From the NCBI GenBank assembly GCA_038117045.1, contig JAYOFE010000015.1:18240-82239 (forward strand): a DNA stretch of 64,000 nt, read 5' to 3'. Source of the DNA: Alphaproteobacteria bacterium. GTDB taxonomy: Bacteria; Pseudomonadota; Alphaproteobacteria; UBA6615. The notes under the pieces are model-generated. The model was not told the origin of the DNA and made no database searches. It was given only the letters and a program-made list of their open reading frames with translations. The position numbers were made by a program, and so were the translations under genes. Positions 40,685 to 50,627 of the stretch are shown here, one piece after another (position 1 is the stretch's first letter; each line of letters begins with the position of its first letter).

Positions 40685-42235
40685 ATGACCACGAGCGACA
40701 TAACTGATCCGATGGCAGAAGAAATCGCCAACGTAACCCGCCTGCACGGTGAGGAGGACCGACCGGGATTCCGCTCGCCGCCGCACAATTTCGAGGCGGA
40801 GATGGCCCTGCTGGGCGCGATCCTGGTCAACAACCGCGCCTTCGAGCGGGTGCAGGAATTCCTGCTGCCCGAGCATTTCGCCGACCCCGCCCATGGGCGC
40901 GTGTACGAGGCATGCGCCCACCTGATCGAGCGCGGCCAGATCGCCGATCCTGTGACGCTGAAAAACTATTTCAAGAACGACGAGGACCTGCAGGAGATCG
41001 GCGGCCAGGGCTATATCGCCGAGCTGGCCAACTCCGTCATCACGATCCAGAACGCGCTCGACCTCGGCCGCGAAATCTATGACTGCTTCCTGCGGCGCGA
41101 ACTGATCGACATCGGCGACCAGGTTGTCAACGGCGCCTACGAATACGACATCGAAACCCCCGCGACGCGCCAGATCGAGCGCGCCGAGGAAATGCTGTTC
41201 CAGTTGGCCGAGCAGGGCTCGACCGAGACCGGGTTCCGTGACTTCAAGAGCGCGGTCACAGGCGCTATCGACATGGCCGCCGCCGCCTACAAGCGCGACG
41301 GACAGCTGGTGGGCGTACCGACCGGCTTTACGGACATCGACAAGATGCTGGGCGGCCTGCACGAGTCCGACCTGATCATCGTCGCCGGACGTCCTTCGAT
41401 GGGAAAGACGGCCTTCGCCACCAACATCGCCTACAACGCCGCGGCATCGAAGAAGACCGTGGAGGGCCCGGACGACACCGAGATCGAGGAAAGCGAGAGC
41501 GTTGCTTTCTTCTCGCTGGAAATGTCCGCCGAGCAGCTCGCCACGCGTATCATTTCCGAGCAGGCCCATGTGCGGTCGGACTCGATCCGCCGCGGCGATG
41601 TCCGCGAGGAGGAATACAACCGCGTCTTCGCCGTCGCCCAGGCCCTGCACGGCCTGAAGCTGTTCATCGACGACACGCCGGCGCTGACCATCTCCCAGAT
41701 CCGCACCCGCTCACGCCGACTGAAGCGCCAGCACGGCCTTAGCCTGATCATCGTCGACTACCTGCAGCTCATCAATCCGCCGGCCAATAGCCGATCGGAC
41801 AACCGCGTACAGGAGGTCTCGCAGATCACCCGTGGCCTGAAGGCGCTGGCCAAGGAACTGAGCGTGCCGGTGATCGCGCTGTCTCAGCTCTCGCGCGCCG
41901 TCGAGCAGCGCGAGGACAAGCGCCCGCAGCTCTCGGACCTGCGTGAATCGGGCTCGATCGAGCAGGACGCCGACGTCGTGTCCTTCATCTATCGCGAGGA
42001 GTACTACCGCGAACGTGAACGCCCGACCCCGCGCGACAGCGAAAAACAGGAAACCTTCCTCGAGCGCGAGCAGCGCTTCAACGACCTCCTTGAGGCCGCG
42101 CGCAACAAGGCGGAAGTCATCATAGCCAAGCAGCGTCACGGCCCCATCGGCACGGTGACCCTGCAGTTCAATGGTGATTACACCCAGTTCTCCGACCTGC
42201 AGGCCGACACCTACCTGCCCGAGGAGCGGTACTAG
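40685..42235 (+). CDS. dnaB: Replicative DNA helicase DnaB. Start at MTTSDITDP; ATG verified at 40685.
   Basis: PHNFEAEMALLGAIL (N-terminal domain). Walker A GRPSMGKTAFA. Walker B LIIVDYLQL. No intein; ~516 aa. Confidence 0.9.
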   Translation: MTTSDITDPMAEEIANVTRLHGEEDRPGFRSPPHNFEAEMALLGAILVNNRAFERVQEFLLPEHFADPAHGRVYEACAHLIERGQIADPVTLKNYFKNDEDLQEIGGQGYIAELANSVITIQNALDLGREIYDCFLRRELIDIGDQVVNGAYEYDIETPATRQIERAEEMLFQLAEQGSTETGFRDFKSAVTGAIDMAAAAYKRDGQLVGVPTGFTDIDKMLGGLHESDLIIVAGRPSMGKTAFATNIAYNAAASKKTVEGPDDTEIEESESVAFFSLEMSAEQLATRIISEQAHVRSDSIRRGDVREEEYNRVFAVAQALHGLKLFIDDTPALTISQIRTRSRRLKRQHGLSLIIVDYLQLINPPANSRSDNRVQEVSQITRGLKALAKELSVPVIALSQLSRAVEQREDKRPQLSDLRESGSIEQDADVVSFIYREEYYRERERPTPRDSEKQETFLEREQRFNDLLEAARNKAEVIIAKQRHGPIGTVTLQFNGDYTQFSDLQADTYLPEERY

Positions 42236-42239
42236 AGCC

Positions 42240-43391
42240 TTGGCCGCGGACCGGAGCGCCATCCACGACGGGAACAGCGCAACGCTGATTGTCGACCTCG
42301 ACGCAGTCGCGGAGAACTACGATACCCTGCGGCAGAAATGCCCCGGTGCGGAGGTCGGCGCCTCGGTCAAGGCCGATGCCTACGGCCTGGGCCTGGAGCC
42401 GGTCGCGCGCACACTTCAAGCTGCAGGTTGCCGGACATTCTTCGTCGCGACATCCGGCGAGGGCCTCGCACTCCGGTACATCCTCCCGGCGGCGGAAATC
42501 GTGGTGCTCAACGGCCCGTCACGTGACTCGGTCAGCCTGATCCTCGACGCCAGCCTGTCGCCCGCGCTGAACAGCCTGCACCAGATCGACCTGTGGCGGC
42601 ACAGCGGCGGCGACGGGGATGAGGCCGCCTCCGCCTACCTGCATTTCGATACCGGCATGAACCGGCTCGGCCTCGGCCCGGACGAGACGGAGACCCTGTT
42701 TGCCGATCCCTCGCACCTGCACGACATCTCTATTTCGACCGTAATGAGCCACCTGGCCTGTGCGGACACGCCGGAAGATCCGATGAACGCGGCACAGCTC
42801 ACGGCGTTCCAGGACATCCGCGCACGGCTCGAGACCCTGATCGGGCCGGTGCGTGCCAGCCTCGCCAATTCACCCGGCGTGTTCCTTGGGCCGGAGTACC
42901 ACTTCGATCTGGTCCGCCCCGGCGCCGCCCTGTTCGGCTTGGCCCCACAAGCGGGCACCCGCAATCCGATGCGTCAAACGGTTGAAATATATACAAAAAT
43001 CCTGCAAGTCCGGTCCGTTGACACCCCCATGACCGTTGGATACGGTGCCGCCCATCGCGTGGAGCGGCCGTCCCGGATCGCGACGGTCGAGGCGGGATAT
43101 GCAGACGGATATCCGCGCGCGGCGGGAAGCCGGAGCGGTGAGACCATGCATGCATACATCGCCGGCCACCGGGTTCCCCTCTTCGGACGGGTATCGATGG
43201 ACCTCATCACGCTTGACGTCAGCGACATTCCCACGAGCCTGGCCGTACCCGGCCAGGAGGTCGAGCTGCTCGGCCCCCACGCCACGCCGGACAGCCTCGC
43301 CGCATCGGCGGGCACCATCGGCTACGAGGTGATCGCGCGCTTCGGCAACCGCCTGCACCGGGTCTATCGCGGCGGCGCGGCGCGGCGATGA
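42240..43391 (+). CDS. alr: Alanine racemase. Likely TTG start at 42240.
   Basis: PLP-lysine motif SVKADAYGLG. N-terminus reads ATLIVDLDAVAENYDTLRQ. C-terminal RVSMDLITLDV. Confidence 0.85.
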   Translation: MAADRSAIHDGNSATLIVDLDAVAENYDTLRQKCPGAEVGASVKADAYGLGLEPVARTLQAAGCRTFFVATSGEGLALRYILPAAEIVVLNGPSRDSVSLILDASLSPALNSLHQIDLWRHSGGDGDEAASAYLHFDTGMNRLGLGPDETETLFADPSHLHDISISTVMSHLACADTPEDPMNAAQLTAFQDIRARLETLIGPVRASLANSPGVFLGPEYHFDLVRPGAALFGLAPQAGTRNPMRQTVEIYTKILQVRSVDTPMTVGYGAAHRVERPSRIATVEAGYADGYPRAAGSRSGETMHAYIAGHRVPLFGRVSMDLITLDVSDIPTSLAVPGQEVELLGPHATPDSLAASAGTIGYEVIARFGNRLHRVYRGGAARR

Positions 43392-44158
43392 GCTTCGTGC
43401 GCGCCATCGGCCGCGGCACCATCGCCGTGTTCGCGCTGATCGGGCGGATCGCCGGTTTCGCGGCGGCCGGCCTTTACCACTGTGTCACGCCACCTTTCTA
43501 TCCCCGCCTGATCGCCCACCAGATGATCGAGATCGGCTACTACTCCCTGCCCGTGGTGGGGCTGACCGCCATCTTCACCGGCATGGTGCTGGCGCTGCAG
43601 AGCTACAGCGGATTTGCGTTCGCGGGCGAGGCTGCGATCGCCAACGTCGTCGTCTGGGGTATCACCCGCGAACTGGGTCCCGTGCTGGCGGGACTGATGG
43701 TGGCCGGACGTATCGGCGCCGCCATGGCCGCCGAGATCGGCACCATGCGGGTGACCGAGCAGATCGACGCCCTGACGACGCTGTCGACCAACCCGTTCAA
43801 GTACCTGGTCGCGCCCCGCCTGATCGCGGGCATCACCATGCTGCCCCTCCTGGTGATCGTGGCCGACGTGATCGGCGTGCTGGGCGGGTTCATCGTCTCG
43901 ATCTACGACTTCGGCTTCAACCCGAGCACCTACCTGAAAAGCACCTGGGACAGCCTCGACACTCTTGGCTTTGTCTCGGGCCTCGTGAAGGCAGGCGTGT
44001 TCGGCTTCCTCGTCGCACTGATGGGTACCTATCACGGCTACAACTCCAAGGGCGGCGCCCAGGGTGTGGGCCAGGCGACCACCAATGCCGTGGTGTCGGC
44101 CTCGATCCTGTTGCTGCTGTTCAATTTCATCATCACCGCGCTGTTCTTCGCTTCATGA
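43388..44158 (+). CDS. MlaE-family ABC transporter permease
   Basis: MlaE/YrbE-like motifs: GAQGVGQATTNAVV and IITALFF. ~256 aa. The start overlaps the alr stop. Confidence 0.75.
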   Translation: MSFVRAIGRGTIAVFALIGRIAGFAAAGLYHCVTPPFYPRLIAHQMIEIGYYSLPVVGLTAIFTGMVLALQSYSGFAFAGEAAIANVVVWGITRELGPVLAGLMVAGRIGAAMAAEIGTMRVTEQIDALTTLSTNPFKYLVAPRLIAGITMLPLLVIVADVIGVLGGFIVSIYDFGFNPSTYLKSTWDSLDTLGFVSGLVKAGVFGFLVALMGTYHGYNSKGGAQGVGQATTNAVVSASILLLLFNFIITALFFAS

Positions 44159-44943
44159 CCGCCTCCACACCCGGCCCGGATGTGAAGATCGCCGTTCGCG
44201 GGCTGTGCAAGTCCTTCGGCCCCAAGCAGGTGCTGCGCGGCCTCGATCTCGACGTCGAGCGCGGCAAGTCGCTGGCCGTCATCGGCGGCTCCGGCACCGG
44301 CAAGTCGGTGCTCATCAAGAACATCATCGGGCTGATGGAGCCTGATTCCGGCTCCATACGCATCGACGGCCAGGAAGTGGTGGGCATGTCGCCCGCCGAG
44401 CGGGAGCCCATCACCCGCAAGTTCGGCATGCTGTTCCAGGGCGCGGCCCTGTTCGACAGCCTGCCCGTCTGGGAGAATGTCGCCTTCGGGCTGATGCAGG
44501 CCCAGGGCATGGGCCGCAAGGACGCACGCAAGGCGGCGCTGGCGGCCATGGCGCAGGTCGGCCTCGAAGCGGACATCGCCGAGCGCTCCCCGGCGGAACT
44601 GTCCGGCGGCATGCAGAAGCGTGCCGGGCTCGCACGCGCCATCGCCACAAAACCCGAAATCCTGTTCTTCGACGAACCGACGACCGGCCTCGACCCCATC
44701 ATGGGCAGCGTGATCGACAACCTGATCGTGAAGTCGGTGCGCGAGCTCGGGGCCACCGCGCTCTCGATTACACATGACATGGCGAGCGCCCGGCGAATCG
44801 CGGACAATGTCGCGATGATCTACGAGGGTCGGATCGTCTGGCACGGGCCGGTCGCCGATCTCGACCACTCGGGGAACGAGATGCTCGACCAATTCATCAA
44901 CGGACGTTCCGACGGGCCGATCCGCCTGCGGGTCGCGGGCTAG
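44155..44943 (+). CDS. MlaF-family ABC transporter ATP-binding protein
   Basis: Walker A GGSGTGKS. ABC signature LSGGMQKRAGLARA. Walker B ILFFDEPTTGLD. H-loop ITHD. Confidence 0.75.
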   Translation: MTASTPGPDVKIAVRGLCKSFGPKQVLRGLDLDVERGKSLAVIGGSGTGKSVLIKNIIGLMEPDSGSIRIDGQEVVGMSPAEREPITRKFGMLFQGAALFDSLPVWENVAFGLMQAQGMGRKDARKAALAAMAQVGLEADIAERSPAELSGGMQKRAGLARAIATKPEILFFDEPTTGLDPIMGSVIDNLIVKSVRELGATALSITHDMASARRIADNVAMIYEGRIVWHGPVADLDHSGNEMLDQFINGRSDGPIRLRVAG

Positions 44944-44946
44944 TCG

Positions 44947-46359
44947 ATGGCGCGCGCGGCCAACCGTTTCGTCTGTCAGTCCTGCGGGGCGGTCCACGGC
45001 AAGTGGACGGGCCGCTGCGATTCCTGCGGCGAATGGAACTCCATCGTCGAGGAGGCCACCGAGGCCACGGCCCCCAAGGGCGTCACGCGTGCGGGCAGCA
45101 AGCCGGTTGCATTCACCTCGCTGGACGGCGCACCGGAAGACCGTGCACGACGCACCACGGGGCTGAAGGAACTCGACCGGGTGTGCGGCGGTGGGCTGGT
45201 GCCCGGCTCCGCCCTGCTGGTCGGCGGCGATCCGGGTATCGGCAAGTCCACGCTGCTGCTCCAGGCCGCCGCGGCGCTGGCCCGCGCGGGTGCCTCCGTC
45301 GCCTATATCTCCGGCGAGGAAGCGGTGGACCAGATCCGCCTGCGCGCCTCCCGGCTGGGACTGGCCGACGCGCCGGTCTCTCTGGCCGCCGCGACCAATG
45401 TGCGCGATATCCTTGCGTCGCTGGACACGGCCAATGGCGCGGATGTAGCGATCATCGATTCCATCCAGACCATGTACGCCGACACGCTGGACTCGGCGCC
45501 CGGCACCGTCGCGCAGGTGCGGACCTGCGCCCAGGAACTGATCCGGGTCGCCAAGCGGCGCGGACAGGTGCTGGTCCTGGTCGGCCATGTCACCAAGGAA
45601 GGCTCCATTGCGGGCCCGCGCGTACTGGAGCACATGGTCGATGCGGTCCTGTATTTCGAGGGTGAGCGCGCCAACCAGTTCCGCCTGCTGCGCGCGGTCA
45701 AGAACCGCTTCGGCGCCACGGACGAGATCGGTGTGTTCGAGATGACCGATGCCGGCTTGTCCGAGGTCGCCAACCCGTCGGAGCTGTTCCTCGCCGGGCA
45801 CAGCGATTCCACCAGCGGTTCGGCGGTTTTCGCCGGGATCGAGGGCACACGGCCCCTGCTGGTCGAGATCCAGGCGCTGGTCGCGCCGACCGCGCTGGGC
45901 ACGGCCCGGCGCGCGGTCGTCGGCTGGGATTCCGGCCGCCTGGCCATGATCGTGGCCGTGCTGCAGACCCGGTGCGGGCTCAACCTCGGCTACCACGACG
46001 TCTACCTGAACGTGGCGGGCGGCCTGCGCATCGGCGAACCCGCGGCCGACCTGGCCGTCGCGGCCGCGCTGATTTCCGCCCATATGGACGAGCCGTTGCC
46101 CGCTCGCACGGTCGTCTTCGGCGAAGTCGGGCTCGGCGGCGAAGTGCGCGGGGTCGGCCAGCCCGACACGCGCCTGCGCGAGGCGGCCAACCTCGGCTTC
46201 CAGCGTGCCCTCATTCCCGCGCGCACCGGAAAATCGAGCGGCAAATCGGGGGGCAAACCCGGTGCAAATGCGTTGCATTTCACGGAAATCGGCCAGTTGC
46301 GGGACCTGTTTGACCAGTTCGACGTTCCGCAGGGACGTAACGTGGTCGCGAGGGTCTGA
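44947..46359 (+). CDS. radA: DNA repair protein RadA
   Basis: N-terminal C4 zinc finger FVCQSCGAVHGKWTGRCDSCGEWNS. Walker A GDPGIGKSTLLLQ. KNRFG motif. Lon-protease-like C-terminal domain. Confidence 0.9.
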   Translation: MARAANRFVCQSCGAVHGKWTGRCDSCGEWNSIVEEATEATAPKGVTRAGSKPVAFTSLDGAPEDRARRTTGLKELDRVCGGGLVPGSALLVGGDPGIGKSTLLLQAAAALARAGASVAYISGEEAVDQIRLRASRLGLADAPVSLAAATNVRDILASLDTANGADVAIIDSIQTMYADTLDSAPGTVAQVRTCAQELIRVAKRRGQVLVLVGHVTKEGSIAGPRVLEHMVDAVLYFEGERANQFRLLRAVKNRFGATDEIGVFEMTDAGLSEVANPSELFLAGHSDSTSGSAVFAGIEGTRPLLVEIQALVAPTALGTARRAVVGWDSGRLAMIVAVLQTRCGLNLGYHDVYLNVAGGLRIGEPAADLAVAAALISAHMDEPLPARTVVFGEVGLGGEVRGVGQPDTRLREAANLGFQRALIPARTGKSSGKSGGKPGANALHFTEIGQLRDLFDQFDVPQGRNVVARV

Positions 46360-46361
46360 AC

Positions 46362-47027
46362 ATGGACGTCGGCGGTTTCAGCGGTTTCGATATCGGCGTG
46401 CTCGCGGTCCTCTTTCTGGGCGCGCTGTTCGGCCTGGTGACGGGGTTCGTGCGCGGCGGGCTGTTTGTCGCCTCTTGGATCGGCGCCGGGTTGGTCACCA
46501 TCTACGGCTACAACACCGTCACCCCGATTGCCGCGAAGTACATCAGCCCGGAATGGCTGTCCGACCTCGTCGCCGGTGCGGCGCTGTTCATCGTGGCGCT
46601 GATCGTCTTCCACCTGGTCAGCCACATACTCAGCGGCTGGGTACGCTCGGGACGGCTGAACGCGCTCGACCGCTCCCTCGGACTGCTGGCCGGGCTGGCC
46701 ACGGCTGGAATTATCATCTGCGTGGCCTATCTGTTTATGAGCGACGTCTGGGGCGAAGAGCAGCCCGACTGGGTAGAGAGTGCGCGCACCCGACCGGCGG
46801 TCGAGCGCGGCGCACTGCTGGTCCGAGGCCTGATGCCCGAGGACCTGATCGGCCAGACCGGCGCGGCGCTTGAACGCGCCCAGCAGAAGGCAAACGACAT
46901 CGGCGCCGCCAAAAAAGCGCTCGACCGGCTCACCAGCCCTCCGGAATCCACTGCGCCCCCGCCCAAGGAAGGGTATAAGGAAGGCGAACGCCAGAGCATC
47001 GAAGACCTGATCCGGAAGGCACAGTGA
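46362..47027 (+). CDS. cvpA: CvpA-family membrane protein (colicin V production protein homolog)
   Basis: CvpA-like N-terminus (FDIGVLAVLFLGALFGLVTGFVRGG). 4 TM helices. Conserved position upstream of purF. Confidence 0.7.
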   Translation: MDVGGFSGFDIGVLAVLFLGALFGLVTGFVRGGLFVASWIGAGLVTIYGYNTVTPIAAKYISPEWLSDLVAGAALFIVALIVFHLVSHILSGWVRSGRLNALDRSLGLLAGLATAGIIICVAYLFMSDVWGEEQPDWVESARTRPAVERGALLVRGLMPEDLIGQTGAALERAQQKANDIGAAKKALDRLTSPPESTAPPPKEGYKEGERQSIEDLIRKAQ

Positions 47028-48499
47028 TTCAAGGTATGACCACCCATCCGTTTCTGTCCCCGCACGACCCGGACAAGTTTCATGAGGAATGCGGCGTCTT
47101 CGGCGTCTACGGCACCGAGGACGCGGCCGCCCTGACCGCGCTGGGCCTCCACGCCCTGCAGCACCGCGGACAGGAAGCTGCCGGCATCGTCTCCTATGAC
47201 GGCAAGCGCTTCCATCCGCACCGCGCACTCGGCCTCGTCGGCGATATCTTCGGCGACAGCGAGGTCATCCGGACCATGCCGGGCGATTCCGCCATCGGCC
47301 ACAACCGCTACTCCACCGCCGGAGAGACGGTGCTCCGCAATGTGCAGCCGCTCTACGCCGACTACAGCTTCGGCGGCCTGGCGCTGGCCCATAACGGCAA
47401 CTTGACCAACGCCCGCCAGCTGCGCCGCGAACTGGTGCGCACGGGTTCGCTCTTCCAGTCCACCATGGACACGGAAGTGATCCAGCACCTGATCGCCACC
47501 AGCCGGGAAAGCCGTCTGCTCGACCGCTTCATTTCGGCGCTGCGTGCCATCGACGGCGCGTACTCGCTGGTGGCGCTGTCCCGGCGCAAGATGATCGGCG
47601 CGCGCGACCCGCTGGGCGTGCGCCCGCTGGTCCTGGGCCAGCTCGGCGACGCCTGGATCCTGGCGTCGGAGACCTGCGCGCTCGACATCATCGGCGCCAG
47701 CTATGTCCGCGATATCGAGCCGGGCGAACTCGTCGTCATCGATGAGGACGGGCTGCATTCCCATCACCCCTCCCCACCGGTCCGCAAGCGCCTGTGCATC
47801 TTCGAGTACATCTATTTCGCGCGGCCCGATTCCGATGTGGACGGCACAAATGTCTACGAGGCGCGCAAGGCCATCGGCGCCGAACTGGCGCGCGAGAGCA
47901 ATGTCGACGCCGACCTGGTCATCCCGGTGCCCGACAGCGGCGTACCTGCCGCCATCGGCTATGCCGCCGAGGCGGGAATCCCGTTCGAGCTTGGCCTGAT
48001 CCGGAACCACTATGTGGGCCGGACCTTCATCGAGCCGACCGACGAGATCCGCCATCTGGGCGTACGCCTCAAGCACAACGCCAACCGGGGCCAGCTCAAG
48101 GGCAAGCGCGTTATTCTGGTGGATGACAGCATCGTGCGGGGCACCACATCGAAGAAGATCGTCGAGATGGTTCGCGCGGCCGGCGCCAGCGAGGTGCATG
48201 TGCGCATCTCCAGCCCGCCCACCCGAAGCCCCTGCTTTTACGGCATCGACACGCCGGAAGCCTCGGAGCTCCTGGCCTCCAATCACAATGTCGAGGAAAT
48301 CCGCAAACTGATCAGCGCGGACAGCCTTGCCTATATCTCCATGGACGGCCTCTACCGCGCCATGGGAGAGGACGGGCGCAACAACGACGCCCCGCAATAT
48401 TGCGACGCCTGCTTCAGCGGCGAATACCCGATCGCACTGACCGACTTGGCCGATGGCGACAACGTCAGCCAGATGTCGCTGCTGGCCGAACTGGCCTGA
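47024..48499 (+). CDS. purF: Amidophosphoribosyltransferase
   Basis: N-terminal nucleophile MCGVFG-type (here ECGVFGVYG). PRTase motif ILVDDSIVRGTTS. C-terminal CFYGIDTP. Confidence 0.9.
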   Translation: MIQGMTTHPFLSPHDPDKFHEECGVFGVYGTEDAAALTALGLHALQHRGQEAAGIVSYDGKRFHPHRALGLVGDIFGDSEVIRTMPGDSAIGHNRYSTAGETVLRNVQPLYADYSFGGLALAHNGNLTNARQLRRELVRTGSLFQSTMDTEVIQHLIATSRESRLLDRFISALRAIDGAYSLVALSRRKMIGARDPLGVRPLVLGQLGDAWILASETCALDIIGASYVRDIEPGELVVIDEDGLHSHHPSPPVRKRLCIFEYIYFARPDSDVDGTNVYEARKAIGAELARESNVDADLVIPVPDSGVPAAIGYAAEAGIPFELGLIRNHYVGRTFIEPTDEIRHLGVRLKHNANRGQLKGKRVILVDDSIVRGTTSKKIVEMVRAAGASEVHVRISSPPTRSPCFYGIDTPEASELLASNHNVEEIRKLISADSLAYISMDGLYRAMGEDGRNNDAPQYCDACFSGEYPIALTDLADGDNVSQMSLLAELA

Positions 48500-48516
48500 C
48501 CGACTGGAATTTCCGA

Positions 48517-49227
48517 ATGAGTGAAGGCGCACTTTCGGGCCGCGTGGCCCTTGTCACCGGCGCATCGCGCGGCATCGGAAAAGCGATCGCGAAGCGCTTT
48601 GCCGCCGAGGGCGCACATGTGGTTGCACTTGCACGCACCGTGGGCGCGCTGGAAGAGCTGGACGACGAGATCACGGCTGCCGGCGGCCAGGTCACGCTGG
48701 TGCCATGCGACCTGCGCGATTTCGAGGCCATCGACACGCTCGGCCCCGTCCTGCTGGAACGTTTCGGCAAGCTGGATATCTTCGTCGGCAATGCCGGCCT
48801 GCTCGGCGACATGACGCCGCTCACCCATTACGACGCGAAGCCGTGGCACGAGGTGTTCGACGTCAACGTCCACGCCAACTGGCGGCTGATCCGCACGCTC
48901 GACCCGCTGCTGCGCAAGTCCGATGCCGGACGCGCCATCTTCGTGTCCAGCGGCGCCGCGCGAAATCCCCGCGCCTTCTGGGGTGCCTATGCCGTCACCA
49001 AGGCCGCGCTGGAAACCATGGCGAAGGTCTGGGCTTCGGAAGTCCAGAACTCGGACGTGCGCGTGAACGTGGTGAACCCGGGCGCGACACGCACGAGCAT
49101 GCGCGCCGCTGCCTTCCCGGGAGAAGACCCGAACACCCTCAAGACGCCGGAAGAAACCACCGACGCCTTCGTGGAACTCGCGTCACCGGCCTGCACGAAG
49201 CACGGCGAAATCATCGACCTCGGCTGA
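48517..49227 (+). CDS. SDR-family oxidoreductase. Start MSEGALSGR; ATG verified at 48517.
   Basis: TGASRGIGKAIA. NAG. YAVTKAALE catalytic motif. Confidence 0.7.
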   Translation: MSEGALSGRVALVTGASRGIGKAIAKRFAAEGAHVVALARTVGALEELDDEITAAGGQVTLVPCDLRDFEAIDTLGPVLLERFGKLDIFVGNAGLLGDMTPLTHYDAKPWHEVFDVNVHANWRLIRTLDPLLRKSDAGRAIFVSSGAARNPRAFWGAYAVTKAALETMAKVWASEVQNSDVRVNVVNPGATRTSMRAAAFPGEDPNTLKTPEETTDAFVELASPACTKHGEIIDLG

Positions 49228-49241
49228 CGGCAATACGCCGC

Positions 49242-50606
49242 CTATTTCTTGTGGTAGGGGTTCGCGCTCTTGCGGGTCTGCACCCGGATGGGCGTGCCTT
49301 CGAGCTGGAATTCCTCGCGGAAGCTGTTTTCCAGATAGCGCAGGTAGCTGGTCGGCAGGTCCTCGGGACGATTGCCGAACAGGACGAGCGTCGGCGGGCG
49401 GGCTTTCGCCTGTGTCGCGTAGCGCAGCCGGATCGGGCGCTTGTTGGCGGCCAGCGGCGGCGGGTGGTGGGCAAGGATGCCATCGAGCCAGGCGTTGAGC
49501 TGCGCCGTCGGCACGCGGCGGTTCCAGTTGTCATAGGCCTTGAGGACGGCCGGCATCAGCTTGTCGATGCCCCTGCCCGTCGCGGCGGACAGCGTCACAA
49601 TCGGCGTGCCCGCACCCTGGGGCAGTGAAATCTGGAGCCGGTCGTAGAGCATCGCGAGCGCGGCCCGGGAATCCGTCACCAGGTCCCACTTGTTCACCAC
49701 GATCACGAAGGCCCGGCCTTCTTCGATGATGTGGCGCGCAATCGCGAGATCCTGCTTCTCGAGCATCTGCTCGGCGTCGAGGACAAGCGCGGCCACATGG
49801 GCATACTGGATCGCATTCAGCGAATTGCCGACCGACAACTTTTCCAGCTTTCCCTCGACGCGCGCGCGGCGCCGCATGCCCGCCGTGTCGACCAGCGCGA
49901 TCCGCTTGCCCCCGAACTCCCACTCGACCGAGATGGCATCGCGGGTGATTCCGGCTTCCGGCCCGGTCAGCAGGCGCTCCTGTCCGATGATCGCGTTCAC
50001 CAGCGTGGACTTGCCGACATTCGGGCGCCCGACGATCGCGAGCTGGAGAACACGGTTGTCCTCTCCATCCGCGACTGCAACGGGCTCCTCGTCGAAGTCC
50101 TCTTCCTCCGGCTCGGGTGAGACGGCGGCGATCGGGTCAAACAGCAGGTGGATGCCTTCGCCGTGCTCGGCGGACAGGGCAATCGGCTCGCCTAAGCCCA
50201 GCGCAAAGGCTTCCATGTAGCCCGCCTCGCCCGCGCGGCCCTCGCACTTGTTGGCGATCAGCACCACATTGGCGTTGCGGCTGCGCAGCCACTGGGCGAA
50301 ATGCTCGTCGAGCGGTGTGACACCCGCACGTGCATCGACCACCAGCAGGACCACGTCGGCTTCATCAATGGCCGCTTCGGTCTGGCGGCGCATGCGGGCC
50401 GGCAGGCTGTCATCGAAGGCTTCTTCCAGCCCGGCCGTGTCGACGATGCGGAATGTCAGGTCCGCGAGATGTCCAACGCCCTCGCGGCGGTCCCGGGTCA
50501 CGCCGGGGCTGTCATCGACCAGCGCCTCGCGCCGGCCAACCAGCCTGTTGAACAGCGTCGACTTGCCGACATTCGGCCGTCCGACGATTACGACGGTCGG
50601 GATCAT
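49242..50606 (-). CDS. der: Ribosome-biogenesis GTPase Der (EngA)
   Basis: Two tandem GTPase domains: GRPNVGKSTLFN and GRPNVGKSTLVN. C-terminal KH-like domain. Confidence 0.9.
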   Translation of the reverse strand: MIPTVVIVGRPNVGKSTLFNRLVGRREALVDDSPGVTRDRREGVGHLADLTFRIVDTAGLEEAFDDSLPARMRRQTEAAIDEADVVLLVVDARAGVTPLDEHFAQWLRSRNANVVLIANKCEGRAGEAGYMEAFALGLGEPIALSAEHGEGIHLLFDPIAAVSPEPEEEDFDEEPVAVADGEDNRVLQLAIVGRPNVGKSTLVNAIIGQERLLTGPEAGITRDAISVEWEFGGKRIALVDTAGMRRRARVEGKLEKLSVGNSLNAIQYAHVAALVLDAEQMLEKQDLAIARHIIEEGRAFVIVVNKWDLVTDSRAALAMLYDRLQISLPQGAGTPIVTLSAATGRGIDKLMPAVLKAYDNWNRRVPTAQLNAWLDGILAHHPPPLAANKRPIRLRYATQAKARPPTLVLFGNRPEDLPTSYLRYLENSFREEFQLEGTPIRVQTRKSANPYHKK

Positions 50607-50627
50607 CTCGTGCGACTTTCTTCCGGA

